A stretch of DNA of 64,000 nt from an uncultured archaeon (GCA_964354805.1 CAYHBD010000009.1:32001-96000); one strand, 5' to 3'; counted from the first letter of the stretch, positions 9,693 to 21,406 are shown. Numbers and translations are program-made. The notes: a model not told the origin generated them from the sequence alone.

Positions 9693-12308
9693 ATGAAGAA
9701 AATTCAGGCGATTGATTTCAGGGTTTTGAGCCCTGAAATGACCAGGAAAATGAGCGCTCTGGAGGTAAAGACGCCCGACACCTATGACAAGGACGGCTAC
9801 CCAATGGAAGGCGGCCTGATGGATCCGCATCTTGGAGTAATCAACCCTGGCTTGAGGTGCAAAACATGCGGCCAGAAAATAAAGTACTGCCCAGGGCACT
9901 TCGGCAGCCTGGAGCTCGTAAGGCCGGTTATCCACAGCGAGTTCAGCAGGAAGCTAGAGCAATTGATGCATGCAACATGCAAGGAATGCGGAAAAATTGT
10001 TTTGCCGGCGGAAGCAGTTGAGAAAGCGAAAAAAGCTTTAAGTGCAGAGAATGCTGAAATAATAGCAAAGAAAATTGTTGCAAAAACGAAGAAAGTGAAA
10101 AGGTGCCAGCACTGCGGCGCGCCAAAGGGCAGGATTCTGCTGGACAAGCCGACAAACTTTTTCTACAACAAGGAAAGGATTTATCCAACCCAGATAAGGG
10201 AATGGATTGAAAAAATCACTGAAAATGATTTGGTTTTGTTTGGTTATGACCCAGAGTTGATCAAGCCATTGTGGTTTGTTTTAAAGGTTCTGCCTGTTCC
10301 GCCGATTACAATAAGGCCAAGCATTACGCTTGAATCCGGAATAAAAAGCGAGGATGACCTTACGCACAAGCTGGTTGACATCATCAGGATCAATTTAAGG
10401 CTGCGGGACAACATTGATGCAGGAGCGCCACAGCTAATCATTGAAGACCTGTGGGATTTGCTGCAATACCATGTCACTACTTACTTCGATAATAACACTG
10501 CGGGAGTTCCGCCTGCAAAGCACAGAAGCGGCAGGGCCCTGAGGACAATAATGCAGCGCTTGAAGGGAAAGAAAGGCAGGTTCAGGCACAACCTGACTGG
10601 AAAAAGGGTGAATTTTGCCGCAAGAAGCACAATTAGCCCGGACCCTTACATTACAATCAGTGAAGTCGGCATTCCAAAAGAGATTGCCGACGAGCTTACT
10701 GTTCCGGAAACAGTAACAGAATGGAACAAAGACAGGCTAAAGGACATTGTTAAAGACACTGATAAAGTTGTTTACGTAATAAGGCCTGATGAGACAAGAA
10801 AAAAGGTTGAAGAAGCGACAAGAAAAGAGATTTCCGAGGAACTGGATATCGGCTTCAGGGTTGAGAGAAAGCTGCAGAATGGCGACATTGTTTTGTTCAA
10901 CAGGCAGCCCAGCCTGCACAGGCTGAGCATGCTTGCCCACAGGGTGAGGATAAGCACTGACAGGACTTTCAAAATCAATCCAACAGTCTGCAAGCCGTAC
11001 AACGCTGACTTTGACGGAGACGAAATGAACGTGCATGTTCCGCAAACAGAAGAGGGCAAGGTAGAGGCAACTGAGCTTATGTTCGTAAGGGACCAGGTGA
11101 TCAGCCCGAGATACGGCGCGCCTGTTATTATAATGGAAGAGGATGGAGTAAGCGGCTTGTTTGTTCTAACACTGCATTCAACAGAATTCAACAAAGCAGA
11201 GATAATGCATTACTTTTACGAAATTGGCTTAAACGACCTGCCGAAGCCAGACAGGGAGCGCAACTACAGCGGAAAACTTTTTTTCAGCCAATTGCTGCCA
11301 AAAGACCTGAACCTAGAGTATAAGACAAACATGTGCAAAATCATCCAGAAAACAAACCCCTGCGAGCAGTGCAAAAAGGACAAATGCCCTTTTGATGCTT
11401 ACCTGCATATTGAAAACGGAAAACTGTTATGCGGGGTTGTCGACCAGGAAAGCATGGGCGAGGCAAAAGGAAAGCTGGTTGATGCAATGGCAAGAAACTA
11501 TCCAAGCGAGGTAATTGAACTGTTCTATTTCAACGCAAACAGGGTTGTTGCTGAATTGCTTACAAAAAAAGGCATGACTGTAGGCCTTGACGAATACGAA
11601 ATAAGCGATGAAATCAAAAAAGAGAAAAGTAGGGTAATAAGCGAAATGATGCGCAAAGGAGAGCAGCTGGCAGAGTCATTCAAAAAAGGCACACTAGAGC
11701 ACATTCCAGGGAGGACGGTTGCAGAGAGCTTTGAAATAAACATGATACAGCTGGCAGCCCAGGAAAAGGACAAAATTGAAAAATTAATAATGAAAGAAAA
11801 ACTGCAGCCCATTATGCAGGAAAAGCCGAAGCTCAACACAATGGTCATGATTGTGAGCGGAAGCAGGGGCAGCAGCGTCAACCTGATGAACATAGGCGGC
11901 TTCTGGGGCCAGGCAAACGTAAGGGAAGGAAGGCCAAAGAGAGGCTACCAGCAGAGGCTGATTACCCTGAATGAAAAAGGCGATGTAGGAGTGCTTGCAG
12001 GCGGCTTTATATCAAGCAACTTCATAGATGGAATGCAGGCAAAAGAATACTTCTACCACAGCATGGGCGGAAGGCAGGGAGAAGTTGACACAGGGGTTTC
12101 AACAAAGGTCAGCGGTTACCTGTACAGGAGGCTTGCAAACAGCCTCAAGGACCTGATGGTGAACAATGATTTAACTGTAAGGACAGCCGAACGGAACCTG
12201 ATCCAATTCACCTACGGAGAGGACGGCGTATTCCCGCAGAAAACCTGGAGAGGAAAAAACATCAACGTTGAAGCAGAACTGGAAAAAATGGAAAAGGAAG
12301 CAAAGTGA
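9693..12308 (+). CDS. rpoA1: RNA polymerase subunit A' (Rpo1N)
   Basis: CPGHFG, NRQPSLHR, catalytic YNADFDGDEMN, SGYLYRRL; start may be GTG 9687. Confidence 0.98.
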   Translation: MKKIQAIDFRVLSPEMTRKMSALEVKTPDTYDKDGYPMEGGLMDPHLGVINPGLRCKTCGQKIKYCPGHFGSLELVRPVIHSEFSRKLEQLMHATCKECGKIVLPAEAVEKAKKALSAENAEIIAKKIVAKTKKVKRCQHCGAPKGRILLDKPTNFFYNKERIYPTQIREWIEKITENDLVLFGYDPELIKPLWFVLKVLPVPPITIRPSITLESGIKSEDDLTHKLVDIIRINLRLRDNIDAGAPQLIIEDLWDLLQYHVTTYFDNNTAGVPPAKHRSGRALRTIMQRLKGKKGRFRHNLTGKRVNFAARSTISPDPYITISEVGIPKEIADELTVPETVTEWNKDRLKDIVKDTDKVVYVIRPDETRKKVEEATRKEISEELDIGFRVERKLQNGDIVLFNRQPSLHRLSMLAHRVRISTDRTFKINPTVCKPYNADFDGDEMNVHVPQTEEGKVEATELMFVRDQVISPRYGAPVIIMEEDGVSGLFVLTLHSTEFNKAEIMHYFYEIGLNDLPKPDRERNYSGKLFFSQLLPKDLNLEYKTNMCKIIQKTNPCEQCKKDKCPFDAYLHIENGKLLCGVVDQESMGEAKGKLVDAMARNYPSEVIELFYFNANRVVAELLTKKGMTVGLDEYEISDEIKKEKSRVISEMMRKGEQLAESFKKGTLEHIPGRTVAESFEINMIQLAAQEKDKIEKLIMKEKLQPIMQEKPKLNTMVMIVSGSRGSSVNLMNIGGFWGQANVREGRPKRGYQQRLITLNEKGDVGVLAGGFISSNFIDGMQAKEYFYHSMGGRQGEVDTGVSTKVSGYLYRRLANSLKDLMVNNDLTVRTAERNLIQFTYGEDGVFPQKTWRGKNINVEAELEKMEKEAK

Positions 12309-12343
12309 AAAGAAAGGGAAAAATTGGCAATACGGGAAAATGA

Positions 12344-13633
<1,290 letters not shown>

Positions 13634-13725
13634 GGGCTGCGGCATAAAAGGGGTTGAAAAAAAAGTAAGAGCAGAGAGAAAATGATTGGAAAAATATGGT
13701 GCTGAAATCTGGGGGTGCTTTTTTT

Positions 13726-14040
13726 ATGGTTGATATCGCAAGGGAACTGAGGAGGGCTGTTGACACAGGCAGCGTTTCATTCGGCTTTCAGCAGGCAAAG
13801 AAAAAAATTTTAAATGGAACGTGCCAACTGGTTATTATAAGCAGCAATGCCGAAAAGGGGAAAAAGGCTGCAGTGCAGCATTTGTGCAAAACAGGGGAAA
13901 TTCCCTTTTTTTCAGCGGCTGAAACAGGCCCGCAGCTTGGCGCGGCTTGCGGCAAGCCGTTCGTTGTTTCATTCGCCTGCATTGAAAAAGCTGGAAAGAG
14001 CAAAATACTGGATGCAGCAAAACAGGGCAAAACAAAGTAG
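13726..14040 (+). CDS. rpl30e: 50S ribosomal protein L30e
   Basis: LRRAVDTG.V.FG, LG.ACGKPF.VS; conserved position after rpoA2; SD GGGGTG. Confidence 0.93.
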   Translation: MVDIARELRRAVDTGSVSFGFQQAKKKILNGTCQLVIISSNAEKGKKAAVQHLCKTGEIPFFSAAETGPQLGAACGKPFVVSFACIEKAGKSKILDAAKQGKTK

Positions 14041-14206
14041 CAGCAGGAACCAACACACAGAAGCAGCTGGTGAAAACGCAATTAGACAATAGGGAAACAG
14101 CACAAGCATGTTGAATAATAGAGAAATAATAGAGAACATGGCGAAAAAGCAAAAAAATTTGACAACACGATGGGTTACAGTTAAAACAGCGAAAAGTGAG
14201 CATTGG

Positions 14207-14620
14207 ATGCGTTTAAACAGCGATGAAATTTTTTATTTGAATGAATTCAGCTCAGCCAGCGGCGCGAGCGCAAGGGACTGCGTTATTGAAGAAAACGTTG
14301 TATCCTTCTTGGTGAAAAAAGACGCCATGGGAAAAGCGATCGGAAGGAATGCTGAAACAGTGAAAAAGCTGAGGCAAAAGCTGAGGCGAAATATTGAAAT
14401 TTTTGAATACGACGATGACGTGCAGGGATTCATTAAAAAAGCCTTGTACAGCATTAAAATTGATGCAATAAACATTGCTGAAAGGAACGGGAAAAAACAG
14501 GCAATATTGCGGCTTGATTCGGAGAATAAAAGAAAATTGCTGAATAATTTATCAAGGGTTAAAAGAATTAAAGCCTTTGCAAAAAGAGATTATAATATAG
14601 ACGACGTGAGAACAAGGTGA
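14207..14620 (+). CDS. nusA: Archaeal NusA (KH domains)
   Basis: MGKAIGRN KH motif, ARDC; position between L30e and S12; start uncertain. Confidence 0.9.
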   Translation: MRLNSDEIFYLNEFSSASGASARDCVIEENVVSFLVKKDAMGKAIGRNAETVKKLRQKLRRNIEIFEYDDDVQGFIKKALYSIKIDAINIAERNGKKQAILRLDSENKRKLLNNLSRVKRIKAFAKRDYNIDDVRTR

Positions 14621-14679
14621 AAAAGAGGAAAAATTAAAATTGAAAAAAAATTTGAAAATTAAAAAAAATGTAAGGTGAA

Positions 14680-15114
14680 ATGTCGATGGCTAAAGGAGAG
14701 TTTGCTGCAGCAAAGCTTGAAAAGGACAGGCAGCACTGGCGCTGGAAGAAGCCAAGCTACAAAAAAAGGGTAGCAGGCTTTAGGGACAAATTCGACCTGC
14801 TAGAGGGATCACCGCAGGCAAGAGGCATAGTTCTGGAAAAAAGGGGGGTTACGGCAAAACAGCCGAACTCAGGCATAAGAAAATGCGTCAGAGTGCAATT
14901 AATCAAGAACGGCAGAGAGCTGACAGCGCTTGCACCATACGACGGCGCAATAAAATTCATTGAAGAGCACGATGAAGTAATAGTTGAAGGAATAGGCGGG
15001 GCAAAAGGCGGTCCAAAAGGCGACCTGTGGGGAGTGAAGTACAGGGTAACCCACGTAAACGGCCAGTGCCTCGAAATGCTCAGAACAGGCAGAAAAGAGA
15101 AAGTGAAGAGGTAA
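14680..15114 (+). CDS. rps12: 30S ribosomal protein S12 (uS12)
   Basis: [19 protein letters not shown]. Confidence 0.97.
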   Translation: MSMAKGEFAAAKLEKDRQHWRWKKPSYKKRVAGFRDKFDLLEGSPQARGIVLEKRGVTAKQPNSGIRKCVRVQLIKNGRELTALAPYDGAIKFIEEHDEVIVEGIGGAKGGPKGDLWGVKYRVTHVNGQCLEMLRTGRKEKVKR

Positions 15115-15181
15115 ACAGGAAAATGAGTGAAAGACGGCTAGAGGTATAATGTAAAGAGATGAGATAAGTACTGTGGTTTTT

Positions 15182-15784
15182 ATGTCAATTGTTTTCGGAA
15201 AATGGGATTCGCAGGATGTCAAAATAAGCGATTCAAGCTTAGCCAACTACATCAACCTGCAGACAAAGGTTGTTCCTCACACATTCGGCAAACAGTCAAG
15301 GCGCAGGTTTGAGAAAAGAAAAATGAGCATTGTAGAAAGGCTTGTCAACAAGGTAATGAGATCAGGCCAAGGCAAAAGAAAGCTGAGCGGAAAATACATC
15401 AGGGGCAGGGGCAGCTGCGGAAAAAAACTGCAGGCAATGCGAATAGTTGAAGAAGCATTCTCAATCGTTGAAAGGAAAACAAACCAGAACCCGCTGCAGG
15501 TCCTGGTTAGAGCAATAGAGAACGCTGCACCGCGCGAAGACACAACAAAAATAAAGAAGGGCGGCATCAGCTACGCAGTGGCTGTTGATGTTGCGCCGCT
15601 GAAGAGAGTTGACGAATCGCTGAAAAACATTGCACTATCCGGATTCATAGGCTCATTCAACCAGAAAAGAAGCGCCGCAGAAGCACTTGCAGAAGAACTG
15701 ATTCTTGCTTCAAAAGCCGACCAGAAAAGCCTGAGCGTGAAAAGAAAAGACGAAGTGGAAAGAATAGCAAAAAGCAGCAGGTAA
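15182..15784 (+). CDS. rps7: 30S ribosomal protein S7 (uS7)
   Basis: IVERLVNK, NPLQVLVRAIENAAPRE, ERIAKSSR. Confidence 0.97.
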   Translation: MSIVFGKWDSQDVKISDSSLANYINLQTKVVPHTFGKQSRRRFEKRKMSIVERLVNKVMRSGQGKRKLSGKYIRGRGSCGKKLQAMRIVEEAFSIVERKTNQNPLQVLVRAIENAAPREDTTKIKKGGISYAVAVDVAPLKRVDESLKNIALSGFIGSFNQKRSAAEALAEELILASKADQKSLSVKRKDEVERIAKSSR

Positions 15785-15833
15785 AAAATGAAGGAAGGCA
15801 CAAAACAGTAAGTATAATATAGAGCTGATTTTT

Positions 15834-18026
15834 ATGGGCAGAAGAGAGGACATGGTGCATCTTGCAGAAAGCATGATGCAACAAAGAGAGCACATCAGGA
15901 ACATCGGAATAGTTGCCCACATTGACCACGGCAAAACAACAATGACAGACAACCTGATTGCAGCAGCAGGCCTTATCAGCGAAGAGCTTGCGGGAAAACA
16001 GCTGTTCATGGACTTTTATGAACTGGAACAGCAGAGGGGCATTACAATCAATGCAGCAAACATCAGCCTTGTTCACAAGCTTGGCGGAGAGGATTATCTG
16101 ATCAATGTAATTGACACACCAGGCCACATTGATTTTGGAGGAGAGGTAATCAGGGCAATGAGGGCTGTTGATGGCGTTGTGGTTGTTGTTGATTCTGTGG
16201 AGGGGGTCATGCCACAGACTGAAACAGTTGTAAGGCAGGCTTTAAGGGAGCGAGTAAAGCCAGTTCTTTTCATAAACAAGGTTGACAGGCTGGTCAACGA
16301 ACTGCAGCTGAATGCAGAGCAAATGCAGGAACGCTTTGTCAAGACAATTACACAGGTAAACAGGCTGATCAAAAACAATGCGCCGAAAGAATTTGCCGAA
16401 TCCTGGCAGGTTAAGGTAAATGATGGATCGGTTTCATTCGGCTCTGCCTACCACAACTGGGCATTGAATGTCCATTCAATGAAAGAAACAGGCATTAGCT
16501 TCAAGGACGTTTACGATTACTGCAAGAAACAAGACCAGAAAACCCTGGCAAAAAAGAGCCCGCTGCATGCAAGCATTTTGGGAATGGTTGTGCAGCATTT
16601 GCCAAACCCGATGCAGGCACAAAAATACAGGACAACGACAATCTGGGCAGGCGAACTGGAAAGCGAAGTAGGCAAGGGAATGCTTACTTGCGACGAAAAC
16701 GCGCCTTTCGCAATGATGGTAACAGATGTAACGGTTGACCCGCACGCCGGAGACATTGCAACAGGAAGGATTTACAGCGGCGCAATCAAAAGCGGGATGA
16801 AAGTGAAACTTATCGGAGGCCAAAAAGAGGTAACAGTGCAGCAGGTTGTTATCTTCATGGGCCCGGAAAGGGTGACAGTACAGAAGGTTCCATGCGGAAA
16901 CATCGCTGGCCTGGTTGGAATTAAAGAAATCTGGGCAGGTGAAACAGTCAGCAGCGTTGACATGCCGACATTTGAAAGCTTCAAAAGCACTGCAGAACCA
17001 GTTATGACTGTAAGCGTTGAACCAAAGCAGACAAAGGATTTGCCGAAATTGATTGAGGTAATAAGGCAGATTACAAAGGAGGACCCAAACGTTGTTGCTT
17101 CATTGAACCAGGAAACAGGTGAGCACCTGTTGAGCGGCATGGGCGAACTGCACTTGGAGGTAACACAGTACAGGATTGAAAAGGACCACGGCATTCCAAT
17201 TGATGTTTCAACGCCAATTGTTGTTTACAGGGAAACAATCAGAAAAGAAAGCCCGACTTTGGAGGGAAAGAGTCCAAACAAGCACAACAAATTCAAAATG
17301 AGCGTAGAGCCAATTGAAGAAGAGGTGCTGCAGAAGCTGATTGAGGCAAAGATCCAGAAAAAAATCAAGCCAAAGGACAAGGAAATGATTGCAAAATTCG
17401 AGCAAATGGGCTTTGACAGGGACACATCAAGGCGCATCTGGTACGTCCACAACAACAACATTTTTGTTGACATGACCAGAGGCATTGTTGCATTGTTTGA
17501 AATAAAGGAAATGGTTATCCAGGCATTCCAGGATGCAATGAATGAAGGGCCTCTTGCAAAAGAGAAGTGCTTCGGTGTCAAAGTAATCCTGCATGACACA
17601 ACATTGCACGAGGATTCAATCCACAGGGGTCCTGCACAGGTTCTGCCTTCGGTCACCAGAACAATCTTTGCATGCATGCTCAGCGCTGACCCGATTATTT
17701 TGGAGCCAAAGCAAACCCTGTTCATTACGGTTCCACAGGATTACATGGGGGCTGTTTCAAAAGAGCTTGGCCAGAGGAGAACTCAAATCAGCGAAATGAA
17801 GCAGGAGGGAGACGCCTCAATCTTCATTGCAAAAGCGCCAGTGAAAGAGCTTATTGGCTTCAGCGCGAGCATAAGGGGAGCAACACAGGGAAGAGCAATC
17901 TGGACAGCAGAATACGCCGGCTTTGAGCCACTGCCGAGAGAAATGCAGAAAGGCGTGATAGCAGAAGTGAGAAAAAGAAAAGGCTTGGACCCGGAGCCAA
18001 AAAGCGCGGCGTTTTTCTTGGAATAA
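15834..18026 (+). CDS. fusA: Elongation factor 2 (aEF-2)
   Basis: AHIDHGKTT, RGITI, DTPGH, NKVD, diphthamide motif HEDSIHRG. Confidence 0.98.
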   Translation: MGRREDMVHLAESMMQQREHIRNIGIVAHIDHGKTTMTDNLIAAAGLISEELAGKQLFMDFYELEQQRGITINAANISLVHKLGGEDYLINVIDTPGHIDFGGEVIRAMRAVDGVVVVVDSVEGVMPQTETVVRQALRERVKPVLFINKVDRLVNELQLNAEQMQERFVKTITQVNRLIKNNAPKEFAESWQVKVNDGSVSFGSAYHNWALNVHSMKETGISFKDVYDYCKKQDQKTLAKKSPLHASILGMVVQHLPNPMQAQKYRTTTIWAGELESEVGKGMLTCDENAPFAMMVTDVTVDPHAGDIATGRIYSGAIKSGMKVKLIGGQKEVTVQQVVIFMGPERVTVQKVPCGNIAGLVGIKEIWAGETVSSVDMPTFESFKSTAEPVMTVSVEPKQTKDLPKLIEVIRQITKEDPNVVASLNQETGEHLLSGMGELHLEVTQYRIEKDHGIPIDVSTPIVVYRETIRKESPTLEGKSPNKHNKFKMSVEPIEEEVLQKLIEAKIQKKIKPKDKEMIAKFEQMGFDRDTSRRIWYVHNNNIFVDMTRGIVALFEIKEMVIQAFQDAMNEGPLAKEKCFGVKVILHDTTLHEDSIHRGPAQVLPSVTRTIFACMLSADPIILEPKQTLFITVPQDYMGAVSKELGQRRTQISEMKQEGDASIFIAKAPVKELIGFSASIRGATQGRAIWTAEYAGFEPLPREMQKGVIAEVRKRKGLDPEPKSAAFFLE

Positions 18027-18090
18027 GCCGCTGTTTCTAATCTACTTGCTAAAATAGTTTCCTTCAGCCTAATTTTACCAATTGACCGCA

Positions 18091-18114
18091 AGGGTTACGT
18101 TATAACGTAACCCT
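18091..18114. promoter_or_regulatory. Perfect 24-bp palindrome AGGGTTACGTTATAACGTAACCCT abutting a TATA-like TATATAAA
   Basis: Self reverse-complementary; core TTACGT-N4-ACGTAA recurs at 25940-25955. Confidence 0.55.
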
Positions 18115-18164
18115 ATATAAATGGCAAAAAAACAGCGCAGTTCTTTTTGGAATAAAAAGGGCGG

Positions 18165-18311
18165 TTAAGGCAATAAAAGTTTTGAATCAAACAGCTCTTC
18201 CTTGCATTTGCTGCAGTAAAAGGCTTTAACATCCCGCATTATCAGCTTTCCGTCAAAGAAATCCATCTCTGTCATTATTTCCTGCAGCTCATTCCCGCAA
18301 ACGCATTTCAT
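18165..18311 (-). CDS. YgiT/MqsA-type zinc-finger small protein (48 aa; not in ORF track)
   Basis: Manual translation MKCVCGNELQEIMTEMDFFDGKLIMRDVKAFYCSKCKEELFDSKLLLP, which fits MKC.CG...V.A..C..C.EE.F. Confidence 0.75.
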   Translation of the reverse strand: MKCVCGNELQEIMTEMDFFDGKLIMRDVKAFYCSKCKEELFDSKLLLP

Positions 18312-18389
18312 TTTCTCACACTACTTTTTTAGAATAAAATACACCTCAGATAAAAGGTTAAATAGCTAATATTTACCTAATTATTAATT

Positions 18390-19484
18390 ATGCCTAAAGC
18401 AAGAGCAGCAAGAACCTTTGTAATTGCACCTTTCCAAGTAGAGTCAAAAAGAAGAATAATTGGTACGCAGGCTTCTTATGAAGAGGTAAAGAGGGTTGCG
18501 AGACAAGCAACGAGAATTAAACCTGGAAAGGTTGGTTTTGCTGAATTTCTACAAGCATCAGGTGTTGCAGAAAAAAGAAGATACGGCTTGGTTCTCAATA
18601 TAGAAAAAATTATATCTTTATCAACTGCGCCGAGAGTTGGGCAGCTTTTTAGAACACTCTTACAATACTACAGTTCAGCAAACCCAGCGTTTACAAGGGT
18701 GGCACAGCTTGAAAGCCTTGCAGTAATAAAGCAGCTCAGGGGATTGGGCTTTAGAGTCAAAATACAAGATTCTGGGGAAAGAAAAAGAGCGGTATTTGTC
18801 AGGGCCGCACAAAAAGCAGGCGCAATCAGAATAAAAGCCCCCCACGGCATTAGGTCATTTAAACTATTACCAGGGACAGTTTGGGCAAGAGACCAGTGGG
18901 TGAAAATCGGCGGAAAAAAAGAAAAGCCAAAAACAGATATTGCCTCACTGCTTTTTACAGAAGGCCATTTTTTGGGGGAAGGCGGCTCGATGGTTCAAGT
19001 TGGGCCAAGAGAATTTGCCATAGCTGAAAGCATTGTAAGAGACCCAAGGCTGGCAAATTATGAAAGGGCAGGATACAAATTTCAAGTAATGCCTTACGGG
19101 GCTTTTTTTGACAGAGCTCTAACTGATTATTTTGGAACAAGAATTTACACTATTGCCAAGCATTTGGACCTATTAATTGGGGGCATTCCAGAAAAAAGAG
19201 TCGCCGCCATAGACCTGCACTATTACAATGAGCATAGGGAAAGCATTGAACAAATGCAAAGGAGGTTTGGGACAAAAATTATTGTAGTTCCAGAAACAGA
19301 GGCAGACAGGCATCCTCAAAACTTTTTGCCCCTGGGGCAAGGAAAAGTCCTTGTTGATAGCGGGGCTCCTTCCTTAGCCCATATGCTAAAAAACGCCGGC
19401 TTGGAAGCAATTCCAACTGCCGTACCATTAAATGCACTACTGTATAACAGGGGCGGGCTTCACTGCCTTTTCAACGAGTATTAG
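18390..19484 (+). CDS. Pentein-fold (amidinotransferase/deiminase superfamily) protein with basic N-terminal extension
   Basis: Ordered motifs WARD, GEGG, KHLD and C-terminal GGLHC; own BRE-TATA (AAAAGGTTAAATA) at about 18352-18364. Confidence 0.7.
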   Translation: MPKARAARTFVIAPFQVESKRRIIGTQASYEEVKRVARQATRIKPGKVGFAEFLQASGVAEKRRYGLVLNIEKIISLSTAPRVGQLFRTLLQYYSSANPAFTRVAQLESLAVIKQLRGLGFRVKIQDSGERKRAVFVRAAQKAGAIRIKAPHGIRSFKLLPGTVWARDQWVKIGGKKEKPKTDIASLLFTEGHFLGEGGSMVQVGPREFAIAESIVRDPRLANYERAGYKFQVMPYGAFFDRALTDYFGTRIYTIAKHLDLLIGGIPEKRVAAIDLHYYNEHRESIEQMQRRFGTKIIVVPETEADRHPQNFLPLGQGKVLVDSGAPSLAHMLKNAGLEAIPTAVPLNALLYNRGGLHCLFNEY

Positions 19485-19609
19485 GGGAATTCTGAAAAAA
19501 ACGCCCCTTTTTTAATATTTTCGTTCAAGGAAATAGTAATATTATACTGTGGGGTTTCCAGTTTTTTCCCTGAAAAATTGGTGGCGATTTCAGTTTGGAG
19601 GTAATTTTA

Positions 19610-20938
19610 ATGGCTGAAAAACCACACGTTAATTTGGTTTTCATTGGGCACGTTGACCACGGCAAGTCAACCTTAGTCGGCAGGCTATTGTATGATTCAG
19701 GCGCTCTCTCTGAGCAGGAATACAGGAAGCTTGAGCAGACTGCAAAGGAAATGGGAAAGGGAACCTTTGTCTTTGCTTTTGTAATGGACAGGCTGAAAGA
19801 GGAAAGGGAGAGAGGAGTTACAATTGATGTTGCTTACAAGAAATTCATGGGAAAAAAGAACTATTTCACAATAATTGACGCCCCAGGCCACAAGGACTTT
19901 GTTAAAAACATGATTACAGGCACATCACAGGCTGATGCAGCTGTCCTTGTCATTGCATCAAAGGACGGAGTAATGGCACAGACAAAAGAACACGCTTTCC
20001 TGGCCCAGGTTATGGGATTGAAACAGCTTATTGTTGCAATAAACAAAATGGATGAAGTTGCTTACGATGAAAAGAAATTCAAGGAAGTTAAAGACAGCGC
20101 AAACAAGCTTTTAACCGGAGTCGGCTACAAGCCAGAGCAGGTCAAGTTCATTCCATTGTCAGCATGGGTCGGAGACAACGTTGCAAAGAAATCGGAAAAG
20201 ATGAAATGGTATACCGGCCCGACATTGCTTGAGGCATTGGATGAAATAGTTGCTTCAAAGCCGCCGACAGACAAGCCATTGAGGCTTCCTATTCAGGACG
20301 TTTACAGCATTAAAGGAGTTGGCTTGGTTCCTGTTGGCAGGGTTGAAACAGGAACTATTAAGCCAAGCGACAAAGTAATTGTAGAGCCAAGCGGCGTTGA
20401 AGGCGAAGTGAAAACAATTGAAATGCACCACGAGCAGCTGCCACAGGCAGTTCCAGGGGACAACATCGGGTTCAATGTAAGGGGCTGGCAGAAAGAGGAT
20501 GTTGCAAGAGGCGATGTAGTAGGGCATCCAAAGGACCCGCCGACTGTTGCAAAGGAATTCAAGGCACAGATTGTTGTCCTGTCACACCCGACAGCGATTC
20601 CTGTTGGTTACACTCCGGTTTTCCACCTGCACACAGCACAGCTTTCATGCAGGCTTGAAGCAATAGAGAAAACCCTTGACCCAAAAACAGGCGCAACAAA
20701 GGAAGAGAACCCCAAGTTCCTGAAAACAGGGGATGCGGCAATTGTAAGGATTGTTCCAACAAAGCCAGTTGTTGTAGAGGAATACAAGAAATTCCCGCAG
20801 CTCGGCAGGTTTGCAATCAGGGACATGGGCCAAACAGTTGCAGCAGGAATAGTAATCAGCGTAACCCCAAGAGACAAGAAAGAAAAGAGCGACAAAAAGG
20901 AGAAAGAGGGCAATCATAAGCCAGGGGACAAGAAATAA
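19610..20938 (+). CDS. tuf: Elongation factor 1-alpha
   Basis: [53 protein letters not shown]; SD GGAGGT. Confidence 0.98.
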   Translation: MAEKPHVNLVFIGHVDHGKSTLVGRLLYDSGALSEQEYRKLEQTAKEMGKGTFVFAFVMDRLKEERERGVTIDVAYKKFMGKKNYFTIIDAPGHKDFVKNMITGTSQADAAVLVIASKDGVMAQTKEHAFLAQVMGLKQLIVAINKMDEVAYDEKKFKEVKDSANKLLTGVGYKPEQVKFIPLSAWVGDNVAKKSEKMKWYTGPTLLEALDEIVASKPPTDKPLRLPIQDVYSIKGVGLVPVGRVETGTIKPSDKVIVEPSGVEGEVKTIEMHHEQLPQAVPGDNIGFNVRGWQKEDVARGDVVGHPKDPPTVAKEFKAQIVVLSHPTAIPVGYTPVFHLHTAQLSCRLEAIEKTLDPKTGATKEENPKFLKTGDAAIVRIVPTKPVVVEEYKKFPQLGRFAIRDMGQTVAAGIVISVTPRDKKEKSDKKEKEGNHKPGDKK

Positions 20939-21026
20939 AGCGCCTGGCAAGGGAAAAACAGGAGCAACAAATTTAACGCTGAGGGACAAGAAATAAAGGG
21001 CAAAAAAACTTGGTTCAAAACTATTC

Positions 21027-21079
21027 AAAGGGGGGACAGTGCTTTTACTGTTCTCTTTTTTATTTTTATTTTGTTTTTT
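21027..21079 (+). terminator. Hairpin plus long T tract between tuf and rps10
   Basis: GGGACAGT-gctttt-ACTGTTCT followed by a T-rich run. Confidence 0.45.
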
Positions 21080-21097
21080 GAGCATTGGTGAGCTGTT

Positions 21098-21406
21098 ATG
21101 CAAAAGGCTAGAATAAAGCTGACTTCGGCTAATTATGACCAGCTCACCGAGATATGCAACAAAATCCTTGATGTAGCTGCCAGAACAGGCGTAAAGCACT
21201 CAGGCGCAATCCCTTTGCCTACAAAAAAGATGGTTATTCCTACAAGAAAGGCTCCATGCGGCGGCGGAACAGAATCATACGAGAGATGGCAGCTGCGGAT
21301 CCACAAAAGGCTTATTGACATCGAAGCAGACGAAAGAACACTAAGAAGGGTAATGAGAGTTGAAATACCCGAATCAGTGCACGTGGAAATAGAGCTGAAG
21401 GAATAA
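21098..21406 (+). CDS. rps10: 30S ribosomal protein S10 (uS10)
   Basis: G.IPLPTKK...TRKAPCG.G, RIHKRLID. Confidence 0.97.
   Translation: MQKARIKLTSANYDQLTEICNKILDVAARTGVKHSGAIPLPTKKMVIPTRKAPCGGGTESYERWQLRIHKRLIDIEADERTLRRVMRVEIPESVHVEIELKE

Noticed and set aside
18089-18116. Palindrome as the chromosomal dif/Xer site
   Set aside because: It can be parsed as 11-6-11 but lacks the ATAA-N6-TTAT inner consensus; kept only as a generic operator or recombination candidate.
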